Positions 47,361 through 57,768 of a DNA stretch of 64,000 nucleotides are shown here, piece after piece. The translations under genes were made by a program, and so were the position numbers. The stretch lies in the NCBI GenBank assembly GCA_963842945.1, contig CAWJIM010000006.1:96001-160000 (forward strand), written 5' to 3'. Under the pieces are notes generated by a model. The model was given only the letters and a program-made list of their open reading frames with translations. It was not told where the DNA came from and searched no databases. The stretch comes from an uncultured Gemmatimonadales bacterium. Its GTDB lineage: Bacteria; Gemmatimonadota; Gemmatimonadetes; Gemmatimonadales; GWC2-71-9. Every line of letters starts with the position of its first letter. Position 1 is the first letter of the stretch.

Positions 47361-48773
47361 ATGGCACGCCTGCGTCCCGACCCATCCTTCTACCCCTCCC
47401 CCAAGCTGGCCATGGAGGCCCCGCGCGAACGGCTGGCGTACGTGGCCCTGCTCAGCAGCAGCGAGAACGGCCAGCGCGACGCCATCGGCGTCGTGGATAC
47501 CGATCCCGATAGCCCCGCGTTCGGTCGACTGGTGGGGCGCACCGAGTTCCCTCAGGGCGGCAACGAGCTGCACCACTTCGGCTGGAATGCCTGCAGCTCG
47601 CACTTGTGTCCCTGGGCGGCCAACGCCCATGTCGAGCGGCGATACCTCATCGTGCCGGGGACCCACTCTTCGCGGATTCATATCCTCGATACCCAGCCCA
47701 ATCCAAGGCAGCCCGCCCTGGTGAAGGTGATCGAGGGCGACGAAGTGATGAAGAAGACCGGCTATGCCGCGCCGCACACGGTGCACTGCGGGCCCGATGG
47801 GATCTACCTGAATGCCCTCGGGGCCCCCGATGGGAACGGCCCCGGCGGCATCTTCACCCTCGACCATGAGACCTTCGAGGTGAAGGGCCGGTGGGAGCAG
47901 GACCGCGGGCCGCAGTATCTGGCCTACGATTTCTTCTGGCACCTGGGTCACGACACCATGATCACCAGCGAGTGGGGTACGCCCAACATGGTCAAGGATG
48001 GGGTGAACCCCGAGCTGCTGCTGGCGGGCAAGTACGGCCGACAAGCTGCACGTCTGGGACCTGCGCAAGCGGACGCACCTCCAGGAGCTCGACCTCGGCG
48101 CCGAGCAGCAGATGGTGCTCGAGCTCCGGCCGGCGCACGACCCGACCTGTGCCTACGGCTTCGTCGGTGTCGTGCTGTCGCTCGCCGACTTGTCCAGCTC
48201 GATCTTCCTCTGGTACCTCGACGGCTCCAGCGGGAACGGGGGCGAGTGGAAGGCGAAGAAGGTGATCACGATTCCGGCGATCCCCGCCGATGAGGCCGAT
48301 CTGCCGCCGCTTCTCAAGGGATTCAAGGCCGTGCCCCCGCTGGTCACCGACATCAACCTGTCGGTCGACGACCGGTTCCTCTACGTGTCGTGCTATGGCA
48401 CCGGCGAGCTCCTGCAGTACGACGTTCGCGATCCGTTCAATCCGGTCTTCACCGGCAGCGTGAAGCTCGGTGGCATCGTGGCACGCAGCGCCCACAGCTC
48501 CGCGCCCGATCGGCCGCTCAACGGCGGTCCGCAGATGGTGGAGGTGAGCCGCGATGGCAGGCGAGTATACGTCACCAACTCGCTCTACACCCCGTGGGAC
48601 GCCCAGTTCTACCCCGACGGTATCAAGGGCTGGATGGCCAAGCTCGATGCGGCGCCGGGTGGCGGCATTGCTGCCGATCCGGGTTCTTCGTCGAGTTCGA
48701 GGATGGGCTTCGTCCCCACCAGGTGCGGCTGCAGGGCGGTGACGCGTCATCCGATTCCTTCTGCTACTCCTGA
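47361..48773 (+). CDS. Selenium-binding protein SBP56 / methanethiol-oxidase-like (frameshifts ~48040, ~48680)
   Basis: ELHHFGWNACSS, PHTVHC, YDFFW, DINLSVDDRFLY, GGPQMVEVSRDG.R.Y.TNSLY.PWD.QFYP, GGDASSD. Confidence 0.92.
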
Positions 48774-48789
48774 CGCGGAGGCACGGCAG

Positions 48790-49441
48790 ATGACCTGGAC
48801 CTGGTGGGCGCTGTCGGCCCTGGGCGCTGGACACGGGCTCAACCCCGGGATGGGCTGGCTCTTCGCTGTCGCGCTCGGAATGCAGGAAAAGAGGAGCCGC
48901 GCCGTGTGGCGCGCGCTCCCGCCGCTCGCGCTGGGTCATGCGCTGGCGGTCGGCGCCGCCGCTCTCGCGGCGGCGGCGCTGGGCCAGATCGTGTCGGTTG
49001 ATGCGCTGAAGTACATCGTTGCCGCTTGCCTTCTCGCCTTGGCAGGTGTCCGGCTCGGCGGCACCGACACCCGCGCTACGGCGGCATGCGGGTCGGATTT
49101 CGGGAGTTGACCACCTGGTCATTCCTGATGGCCACAGCCCACGGAGCCGGCCTCATGGTGCTGCCGCTGCTCGTCCGGAAACAGATATCACGGCCGTGGG
49201 AGTCACATGCAGGGCACGCCGCCTACGCCGCATCTGCAATTCCGCCGCTATCCGGGGCTCATGGAGGCGAGCCTCTGGGCCACTATTCGTCCACACCGCT
49301 GGCTACCTGCTCGTCACCGGCTCATCGCGGTGATCGTCTACCAAAGCTCGGACTTCGACTCTGCGAACGATGTGGATCAATCTCGATCTCATTTGGGGTG
49401 GCGCGCTCCTCATGACCGGCGCGCTCACGCTGATCCTCTGA
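48790..49441 (+). CDS. Membrane protein downstream of SBP56 (frameshifts)
   Basis: LGAGHGLNPGMGWLFAVALG, ALGHALAV, WSFLMATAHGAGLM, WINLDLIW. Confidence 0.75.
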
Positions 49442-49603
49442 CCTGGAGATGAGCCGGTAAAACGCACAGTGATGCGTTACGATTCGACATGGCGGCGCTC
49501 GAGGGCGCCGAGGATTTGCCCGACGACAGCAAGAAACGGCTCCGGGTCAAATGGCTGCGGCAAGAAAAGCCCTCCTCTTGAGACCATCCGGTAGGGGGTG
49601 CGT

Positions 49604-50479
49604 ATGATCCGAAATCTGGTGCTCACCCTTCTGCTGATCGTAGTAGGCGTGATCGGGGTTGTCTTCCTGGGTAGTAATTACCGACTCAATCGGAAATACT
49701 CGGTCGCGACAAGCCCGGTGTCCGAGCGGAGTGATAGCGCCTCGCTGGCGCGGGGGGACCATCTCTACCACAGTATCGGCTGCGCGATCTGTCACGGCGT
49801 AGATGGTGGTGGTGCGCTGTACCTGGACGCAGGCCCGATCGGGCTCGCCGCCGGGCCGAACCTCACTCGCGGTCGTGGCGGCATTGGGAGCAGCCGCTCC
49901 AACGGCGACCTGGTGCGAGCCATCCGCCACGGCGTACGCCCGGACAGTTCATCGCTGATCCTCATGCCGAGTGAGGTCTACGTGCACCTCACCGACGAAG
50001 ATCTCGGGGAGATGATCGGCTACCTCCGCCGGCTACCCCCCGTAGACCGGAAGCTGCCGGCGACCCATCTCCGGCTCCTGGGCCGGGCTTTACTAGCAGT
50101 AGGCAAGCTCAATCTGCTGGCCGCGCCCAAGACGCCTCCGTTTGCTCACCCCGCTGGAATCAGCCCCGGACCGACCGTCGCGTATGGCCGCTATCTGGCC
50201 GACATCGCCTCATGCCGCTCCTGTCACGGATCGGGGCTGTCCGGTGGTCCCATGGCCGCGCCCGGCGCGCCGCCGTCGTCCAACCTTACGCCCGCAGGGC
50301 TTTCGGCATGGAGCGAGAAGGACTTCTTCACCGCCATGCGCCGGGGGCGTCGCCCGGGCGGATCGATGCTGCACGAGATCATGCCGTGGAAGGAGTTCCG
50401 CAACATGACCGACGAGGAGTTGGCGGCACTCTGGCAGTACCTCCGGTCGGTTCCCGCCAAGCCGTCTGGTGAGAGGTGA
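49604..50479 (+). CDS. Membrane-anchored diheme cytochrome c
   Basis: CAICH and CRSCH, PNLT, MPW, N-terminal TM. Confidence 0.9.
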   Translation: MIRNLVLTLLLIVVGVIGVVFLGSNYRLNRKYSVATSPVSERSDSASLARGDHLYHSIGCAICHGVDGGGALYLDAGPIGLAAGPNLTRGRGGIGSSRSNGDLVRAIRHGVRPDSSSLILMPSEVYVHLTDEDLGEMIGYLRRLPPVDRKLPATHLRLLGRALLAVGKLNLLAAPKTPPFAHPAGISPGPTVAYGRYLADIASCRSCHGSGLSGGPMAAPGAPPSSNLTPAGLSAWSEKDFFTAMRRGRRPGGSMLHEIMPWKEFRNMTDEELAALWQYLRSVPAKPSGER

Positions 50480-50693
50480 CTACCGGCCACCCGATGTACC
50501 GGGTAGCGTCGCCACCGGACTTGCCAAGAGCTCCTGAGGTCGGGCTGAGCAGGCTGCTGGCGTAGACAACCTGGATGGTGGCTTGTGACACGTGCGACGG
50601 AGGTGGGCCAGCTTGCGGAAGGATCTGTTGCTCACCCGAATATCGGAGTTTGCCGGCTGCCTTCCAGTTGTGTGTGCGCGGCTCGCGAATTGC

Positions 50694-51992
50694 TCACGTG
50701 CCACCACCCCGCCCCACCGAGTCCCCCGCCTGTTGGTCCTCCGCCACCTTCTCCACCGAAAACTCGCCCGTTACATCGGCGGACGACACGGTCAGGACCG
50801 CGACTGAGGCGGGGGATTCGGGCGGCAATGAATCGGCCAGTCCCCAGGCGAACGGCAGAGTAGCCAGTACCAGGAGTCCCGCAATCCAGAACGGCACACC
50901 CACCCCGAGGCGATCCATAAGGATGCCCGCGGCGACAGGGAATAGCACCCGCGAAACCCCACCGAAGGTGTGTTGGACCCCCATGTATAGCCCGCGCTGG
51001 TTGCCTGGGACTACCCGAGACAGGAGCCCGCTGACGCAAGGGAAGAGGAATGCGGTGCCGAGCGGCATCAGAGTAAAGCCGAGGAGGAGAATGCCGCCGT
51101 GTTTGGCCAGGCCGGTGCAGCCGAGGCCCATCGCCAACAAGACGAGCCCCAGCCTGGAGAGCCGCGCCTCACCCAGCAATTCCACCATGCGCCCTAGCAG
51201 GAGTGAGCGCACCACCACGCCCATGCCGCCCAAGTACATGACGAAGTAGCCGATGTTCCGCTCGGTGACATCCAGCCGGTTCATGAGCAGGAGCGGCACG
51301 ACCTGGATGGTTCCATAGAAGGCTCCGATGCCAATGGTGTAGATCCAGATGAGCCGCGAGGCCGGCTCATACCAGTGGGAGAGTACCCGTCCGATTGCCT
51401 GGCGCGGGCTGGTGCTGGAGGGGGCAGCGTGGGATCCGGCCGGCCGAGGCTGGTACGACTCGACCAGGAAGCGCGCGGCGAAACCCGCGACCAGGAGCGC
51501 CAGCGCGGCCGCGCCGATCCCGGGCGCCGCCCGGCCTCCCACGCTGATCATCACCGACCCGAACGCCGGGCCGGCCACGGCGCCTAGACTGGTCACGGCC
51601 GAGAGCCAGCCCAGGCTCTTGGTCCGCTCCTCCGGGGGTGAGGCATCGGCCACGTACGCCTGCACCACCCCGATCGTGCCGCCACCCAATCCTTGCACCA
51701 GCCGGGAGAGGAGCAGTACCAGCACCGATCCGGCGAAGGCGAAGATGACATAGGCACAGCTGGTGAGCAGCAGCCCCGCGAGTATGGCGGGCCGGCGGCC
51801 GTAGCGGTCGGAGAAGCTGCCCCACACCGGGGCCACAACCAGCTGAGCGACCGAGAAGGCGGAGACCAGCAGTCCCACCACCGTTGCGCTGGCACCCAGC
51901 TCGGTGGCATAGAACGGCAGCAGGGGGACGATCATGGTGAGCCCCACCATGTCGACGAAGGCGGTCACGAACAGCACAAGCAGTCGCGCCAT
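50694..51992 (-). CDS. MFS transporter, TetA/DHA1-like
   Basis: FVDMVG, GSFSDRYGRRP, GAVAGPAFG. Confidence 0.9.
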   Translation of the reverse strand: MARLLVLFVTAFVDMVGLTMIVPLLPFYATELGASATVVGLLVSAFSVAQLVVAPVWGSFSDRYGRRPAILAGLLLTSCAYVIFAFAGSVLVLLLSRLVQGLGGGTIGVVQAYVADASPPEERTKSLGWLSAVTSLGAVAGPAFGSVMISVGGRAAPGIGAAALALLVAGFAARFLVESYQPRPAGSHAAPSSTSPRQAIGRVLSHWYEPASRLIWIYTIGIGAFYGTIQVVPLLLMNRLDVTERNIGYFVMYLGGMGVVVRSLLLGRMVELLGEARLSRLGLVLLAMGLGCTGLAKHGGILLLGFTLMPLGTAFLFPCVSGLLSRVVPGNQRGLYMGVQHTFGGVSRVLFPVAAGILMDRLGVGVPFWIAGLLVLATLPFAWGLADSLPPESPASVAVLTVSSADVTGEFSVEKVAEDQQAGDSVGRGGGT

Positions 51993-52172
51993 GGTTAGAG
52001 CTCCCGAGGCACCAGCTCCACGCCCCGTTCCCCTTCTGCGATTGCCTCGGGTGCAGCGCGGGCTAGGAGATGGTTGCAGGAACAGCTCAACTCTTTGTCG
52101 GCGGTTGGACGGTCGAACAGCTGCTTGGGCCACCATCTGGCCTCGAGCGGAGGCCGAAGTACCTTAGACTCC

Positions 52173-54096
52173 ATGCCACCAACATACCAAGAAGTCTACG
52201 CCCGCTGGCGCGCCGAGCCCGAGGCCTTCTGGGCCGAGGCGGCGGAGGCGGTCCACTGGTACCGCAAGTGGGACGCGGTGCTGGATCAGCTCCCGCGCTC
52301 CCTTCTACCGCTGGTATCCCGGCGGCCAGACCAACAGCTGCTACAACGCGCTCGACCGCCACGTCGAGAACGGCCGCGCCGACCAGGTCGCCCTGATCTA
52401 CGACAGCCCGGTCACCTCGACGGTGCGCAGCTTCACCTATCGCGAGCTCAGGGACGAGGTGGCCCGGTTCGCCGGTGTGCTGGCGAAGCGCGGCGTCAAC
52501 CGGGGCGACCGGGTCATCATCTACATGCCTATGGTCCCCGAGACCGTCATCGCGATGCTGGCCTGCGCCCGGATCGGCGCCATCCACTCGGTAGTGTTCG
52601 GCGGCTTCGCGTCGCCCGAGCTGGCCAGCCGGATCACCGATGCTCGACCCAAGGCGATCCTCACCGCCTCCTGCGGGATCGAGATCGACCGGGTGGTGCC
52701 GTACAAGCCGCTGCTCGACCGCGCCATCGAGCTGGCCACGTTCAAGCCTGAGTGCTGCATCGTGCTCCAGCGTCCCCAGTGTATGGCGACGCTCGTCTCG
52801 GGACGGGACCACGACTGGGCTGACCTCTTGGCTAGGGCGTCGCCCGTGGACTGCGTCCCGCTCCTCGCCACCGATCCGCTCTACATCCTCTATACCTCCG
52901 GCACGACGGGAAATCCCAAGGGCATCGTGCGCGACAACGGCGGCCACCTGGTCGCGCTCACCTGGAGCATGCGCAACATCTATGGCGTGGAGCCGGGCGA
53001 GGTGTACTGGGCCGCGTCCGACCTGGGCTGGACCGTGGGCCACTCGTACATCGTCTACGGCCCGCTGTTCCATGGCAACACGACCATCCTATATGAAGGA
53101 AAGCCGGTGGGCACCCCCGACGCGGGCGCCTTCTGGCGGGTCATCGCGCAGCACGGGGTGCGGGCATTCTTCACCGCGCCGACCGCGTTTCGCGCCATCA
53201 AGCGGGACGACCCCAGGGGCGAGCACGTCCGCCGCTATGACCTGAGTAAGCTCCGCACCCTGTTCCTGGCCGGCGAGCGCTGCGACCCGGCGACGCTGGC
53301 GTGGGCGGAGCAGCAGCTCCACATCCCGGTGATCGATCACTGGTGGCAGACCGAGACCGGCTGGCCGGTCGGCTGCAACTGCGTGGGACTGGGACTGCTG
53401 CCGGTGAAGCCGGGGTCGTGCGCGGTGCCGGTGCCGGGCTACGACGTGCGGGTGCTGACCGACGAGGGCGCCGAGGCGAAGACCGGCGACACCGGCAACG
53501 TCGTCATCAAACTGCCCCTGCCGCCGGGCTGCTCGCCTACCCTGTGGAACAACGACCAGGGCTACCGCGACACCTATCTCAGCGCCTATCCCGGCTACTA
53601 TCTCACGGCCGACGCCGGCTTCAAGGACGAGGATGGCTACCTCTGGATCATGAGCCGCACCGACGACGTGATCAACGTCGCCGGGCACCGGCTCTCGACC
53701 GGGGCGATGGAGGAGGTGCTGGCGGCGCATCCGGACGTCGCCGAGTGCGCGGTGGTTGGAGTCAACGACACGCTCAAGGGCGAAGTCCCGCTGGGTCTTG
53801 TTGTGCTCAAGGCCGGAGCTGCGCGGGCACGCGAGGAGCTGGTGAGTGAGCTGGTGGAGCTCGTGCGGCAGAGGATCGGCCCGGTGGCGTCATTCAAGAC
53901 CGCAACTCAGGTCAAGCGGCTACCCAAGACGCGCTCAGGGAAGATCGTGCGCGGCACCATCAAGAAGATCGCCGATGGTGTGCCGTATACCATCCCGCCG
54001 ACCATCGATGATCCCGCCATCCTCGACGAAATCGCCGCGGATCTCGCGGCGATCGGCTATCCCCAGAGCGCTCGGGCCTTCGCTGAACGGATGTGA
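52173..54096 (+). CDS. prpE: Propionyl-CoA synthetase (frameshift ~52300)
   Basis: YTSGTTGNPKG, EGKPVGTPDAG, DHWWQTETG, INVAGHRLS, LPKTRSGK. Confidence 0.88.
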
Positions 54097-54143
54097 ATCG
54101 TGACGGTCCCGACCGGTACGGGTAACCCGATAGGGGGTGTTGC

Positions 54144-55208
54144 ATGAAGACGAATACGATCACCCGTCGCCTTGTGCTGTCCGCGTTGCTCGGCCTTCTC
54201 GCCTGCTCCAAGGACCGCGATAGCGATCAGCCGGGCTCGGCTCGCAAGCCCGCTCCCTTCGACGCTGGGCCGGTAGCAATCGCCCTGGTCCAGAACAGCG
54301 GCGCCGGTGACTACTTCGAGCAGTGGACCGCCGGCGCTCGGCAGCAGGCGGACGCGGCCGGACTCAGGATGCAGGTCTACGACGCGAAGGCCGACCCTGC
54401 CAAACAGGCCAGCGACATGAAGGCGGCCATCGAGTCCGGCGTCAAAGGGATTATCGTCGATCACGGTCTGGCCGGCACCATGTGCCCGCTGCTCCAGCAG
54501 GCCACCGACGCCGGTATCGCCGTCGTGGTCTACGACATCGAGATCACCGAGTGCGCCCCAAAGGCCATCGAGACCGCGCAGGACGACGCCGATCTTGCCA
54601 CGCTCTTGCTCACGCAGATGGCCCAGGACCTTGGGGACGGCGTCCCAGTCGGCTATGTCAACGTGCTTGGCATCGCCCCGTTCGACCGGCGCGACGTCGT
54701 GTGGAAGAAGTTTGTGGCCCAGCACAAGTGGGCGCCAAAGTTCTTCGTCGGCAAGTTCACCCACACCGTGGCCACTGACAACGCGCGGCTCGCCGATGCC
54801 GCGCTGAAAGCCAATCCCCAGGTGAAAGCGATCTTCGCTGCCTACGACGAGCTGGCCAAGGGCGCCGTCTCAGCCATCGATCAGCGTGGCCTTGCAGCCA
54901 AGGTGGCGACGTACGGCATCGACATCTCGAATGCAGACATCGAGCTGATGAGGAAGGAGGACAGCCCCTGGAAGGCGACTGCAACTACCGATCCGAGTGC
55001 CGTCGGCGCCGCCGTCACTCGGACGCTCGCCCTACAAATGGCCGGCCAACTCGGACGCAAGGAGGTCGTTTTTCCCGGCGTCCTCGTCACCCAGTCGTTT
55101 CTTCGGGAAAATCAGATCAAGAGCATGGGCGACTTGCGGGCCAAGATGCCCCAATTGAATCTCGCAAACGTGAGCTCGGCCGGCTGGCTGCGGTCGGTCA
55201 CCTTCTGA
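54144..55208 (+). CDS. Sugar ABC transporter substrate-binding lipoprotein (no permease adjacent)
   Basis: Lipobox LLAC; GIIVDHG, AIFAAYDELAKG, YGIDISN. Confidence 0.85.
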   Translation: MKTNTITRRLVLSALLGLLACSKDRDSDQPGSARKPAPFDAGPVAIALVQNSGAGDYFEQWTAGARQQADAAGLRMQVYDAKADPAKQASDMKAAIESGVKGIIVDHGLAGTMCPLLQQATDAGIAVVVYDIEITECAPKAIETAQDDADLATLLLTQMAQDLGDGVPVGYVNVLGIAPFDRRDVVWKKFVAQHKWAPKFFVGKFTHTVATDNARLADAALKANPQVKAIFAAYDELAKGAVSAIDQRGLAAKVATYGIDISNADIELMRKEDSPWKATATTDPSAVGAAVTRTLALQMAGQLGRKEVVFPGVLVTQSFLRENQIKSMGDLRAKMPQLNLANVSSAGWLRSVTF

Positions 55209-55288
55209 GCTCCACGTCGGCCAAGGCGGCGGCGAATTGCTGCTGCCTCCTGCGGTCCAGTAGCGCCGCTGACGGGAGCAGGAAAGCG

Positions 55289-55328
55289 AAACGGTGCGAG
55301 ACCCGTCAGGGCTTCGCACCGTTTTTTT
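55289..55328. terminator. Terminator between convergent genes, probably bidirectional
   Basis: AAACGGTGCGAGACCC-GTCA-GGGCTTCGCACCGTTT followed by TTTT. Confidence 0.8.
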
Positions 55329-55376
55329 CTCGGGACCGCCGCGCTGTTATGAGATCGCTGCCCAGGCTCCTCGGCT

Positions 55377-55958
55377 TTAGCTGCCGCCGCCCAATCGAAT
55401 GCCGATGGTGATCGGGACGAAGCTTGCGGTCGCGTCATCCAGGGTCTCGGGATCCACGGTGCCACCGAAGATGGCGTTGTATCGGCCCTCGATGAAGGCA
55501 GCGAGATTACCGAGATCGAAATCGAACCCCAGGCCGGCGTTCACTCCGAAGTCCGTCTCGTCCGAGTCGATGCCCTCCGCATCGTCGCCCACGGCTTTCA
55601 CGTTGTATGCGCCGACACCCCCGATAAGGTAGGGATGGAACTTGCTTTCCTCGGACCTATTGAACATGAACACAGCGTTTGCGGTGCCCTGGATCATCTG
55701 CCAGTCAGCGTCCACAGCCTCTGCCTCGAAACCGAAGCGGTGGTACGTCCCATCAATCTGAAAACCAATGGGGAAATCGGCCGGCTGGAAGCCGATCGCC
55801 GCCCCACCGTGCCAACCGGTGCTCGCCACGTCACCGAAGGTGCCGACGGGCACAGTGGCACCACCACCGATGGAAAATCTGAGCTGGGCCCCTGCCGGGG
55901 CGGCCAGTGCCATCGCGAGAAGAACCGCCCCGAGTACGCCAATCCTGAGTCCTCGCAT
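55377..55958 (-). CDS. Outer-membrane beta-barrel protein
   Basis: Signal peptide; PYLIGGVG.Y, FGVNAG.G, FIEGRY, VPITIGIRL. Confidence 0.85.
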   Translation of the reverse strand: MRGLRIGVLGAVLLAMALAAPAGAQLRFSIGGGATVPVGTFGDVASTGWHGGAAIGFQPADFPIGFQIDGTYHRFGFEAEAVDADWQMIQGTANAVFMFNRSEESKFHPYLIGGVGAYNVKAVGDDAEGIDSDETDFGVNAGLGFDFDLGNLAAFIEGRYNAIFGGTVDPETLDDATASFVPITIGIRLGGGS

Positions 55959-56127
55959 AAACTCTCCTATTGTCGCGTACCGTTGTAAAATGGTGACAGC
56001 CTCCATGACCGCCGCCCCGCAGTCACAGCGTTTGCCTATTGCAGGATGTTCACTTCAACGACCCTCGGGGGCACCCTGCCCCCTCCAGCGACCAGCAGGA
56101 GCGCGGCAAGTGACAGCTATCACGCTA

Positions 56128-56238
56128 GATAGGTCTCATGCCCTCGGCCAAAGACTCAGTTGAAGTGGGAGAACCGACTGCTCCTGGTCGAATGTAGGAA
56201 GACGGAGCGGGGCGAACACCTTGGACGTTAGTGTAGGT
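56128..56238 (-). repeat. Third, gene-less copy of the ACCT/AGGT-box promoter and leader
   Basis: Similar to 26373-26484 including AAAGACTCAGTTGAA and the start codon, but reads ATG AGA CCT ATC TAG. Confidence 0.75.
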
Positions 56239-56243
56239 CGGGC

Positions 56244-56273
56244 AAAGAAACGGCCGCGCTTTCTGCGGCCGTT
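56244..56273 (-). terminator. Terminator after the Cache gene
   Basis: AACGGCCGC-loop-GCGGCCGTT followed by TCTTT on the minus strand. Confidence 0.6.
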
Positions 56274-56321
56274 GGCAGGAGCGCCCCGCGGCCACCGAAG
56301 CGACCACGGAGCGTAGGATCG

Positions 56322-56786
56322 TCACTCCTTGTAGAAGCCGACCCCGCAGTTCTGACCTACAACCTGGGTATAGAAGGTATGTTTCTCGAACGGCTTGTCC
56401 GAGCCGCCCGGGCGAGGCCACCAATAGGTAATCTCCTTGATCTTTCCTTCCGCGGCGTTCCCCATGATCTCTTTCCCGAGCGGATACCCCTTCTTGCCTA
56501 CGATCTCCTGCAGGTGTTGACCTCTCAAAGAGGGATGCGCGGTGAGAACGCCATCCGAGGCGTTGGCGCAGAACACATAGAGATCACGATCCTTGAACCC
56601 GCCTTCGCCTTTATTGAACATCTCCAGGGCTTTCTCCTTGTTCTCTTTCATTGCGACAACCGCTCTTTCCAGCATTGACCTAGCTTCCTTTTCACCGCCA
56701 AAGGCCTGAGCGACCAGGCTTGAGGTTGGAGTGAGAAGAGCCAGAATCGCGGCCTGTCCAATGGGGAATGCTAGATGGCGCCTCAT
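56322..56786 (-). CDS. Stand-alone secreted single Cache-domain protein
   Basis: FKDRDLYVFC, AHP.L.G, YWWPRPG...K.TF, CGVG.YK. Confidence 0.85.
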   Translation of the reverse strand: MRRHLAFPIGQAAILALLTPTSSLVAQAFGGEKEARSMLERAVVAMKENKEKALEMFNKGEGGFKDRDLYVFCANASDGVLTAHPSLRGQHLQEIVGKKGYPLGKEIMGNAAEGKIKEITYWWPRPGGSDKPFEKHTFYTQVVGQNCGVGFYKE

Positions 56787-56861
56787 GACTTCCTCCCTGG
56801 GCCAGCATGAGATAAAATTTGCGTAGAACTTCTTCATGGATCTGCATTCGGCTGCCAAGGA

Positions 56862-57695
56862 TTGATCCTGGGTGTGTGGCTGTCAATCCCACCGATCGAG
56901 ACGCCAGGCGATGAGATAAATAAGAGCCTCCTTCACGTGCTAGGTCCCGACGAGGAATCGTCCGTGCGGATTCACACTTCCCGGTGGCACGGGTTCACCT
57001 TCCATCATCGAAATGAGCCCGAATTCGAGCTCCTGTCTCGGGAGATCTTTGAGGGAGGGGAATACTGGTTCGCTTCTGATAAGGCCGATCCCACCATCCT
57101 GGACTGTGGCAGTCATATCGGCCTTTCTGTCGCCTGGTTCAAGCGGCGTTTCCCAAAGGCTCAAATCATCGCGTTCGAGCCTGATCCCGACACCTTTCGG
57201 CTCCTGCAGACCAATGTCGCTGTCAACGGATTCCAAAATGTAGAGCTGCTGAATGTGGCTGTCTCATCCCGGAGGGGCACGGCTCGCCTGTACGGAGAGT
57301 TCGGAGTTGCGGCTCCCATGGCCTCGGCTCACTCGCTGCGGCAGGAATGGGGCAGCCAGAGGTCCGAACAATCGATCCTCGTGAACACAGTTCCTTTGGC
57401 CGACTACATCACGGGACCGGTCGACTATCTCAAGCTCGACATCGAGGGAGCGGAGACCGAAGTGATGAAGTCGATCACGCAGCACCTGCACCTCGTCCGA
57501 GCAGTTGGTCTCGAGTTTCATGGGACGGGCAGCCAGGCCGGGGCAGACGAGGAGGATCTCATGCGCCTGCTGCGGGAGAACGGGTTCGAGGTTTCGATCA
57601 CCCACAAGACGAGATCCATTTTCCCGTCAGAGATAGATGCCTGGGTGAAACGGGTCCAACCTTGCGTCTCGGTGATCAAGGCGACCCGCACATGA
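56862..57695 (+). CDS. FkbM-family methyltransferase (start uncertain)
   Basis: ILDCGSHIG, AFEPDP, LKLDIEGAE, EFH. Confidence 0.88.
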   Translation: MILGVWLSIPPIETPGDEINKSLLHVLGPDEESSVRIHTSRWHGFTFHHRNEPEFELLSREIFEGGEYWFASDKADPTILDCGSHIGLSVAWFKRRFPKAQIIAFEPDPDTFRLLQTNVAVNGFQNVELLNVAVSSRRGTARLYGEFGVAAPMASAHSLRQEWGSQRSEQSILVNTVPLADYITGPVDYLKLDIEGAETEVMKSITQHLHLVRAVGLEFHGTGSQAGADEEDLMRLLRENGFEVSITHKTRSIFPSEIDAWVKRVQPCVSVIKATRT

Positions 57696-57735
57696 TGGCG
57701 GCGAGGCCACTCACAAAGGAGTACCCAAGGGCAAA

Positions 57736-57757
57736 GGCTCCCGCCATGGCGGGAGCC
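57736..57757 (-). terminator. Perfect 22-bp palindrome between convergent genes
   Basis: GGCTCCCGCCATGGCGGGAGCC followed by TTT on the minus strand. Confidence 0.6.
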
Positions 57758-57768
57758 AGAATGAGGAC

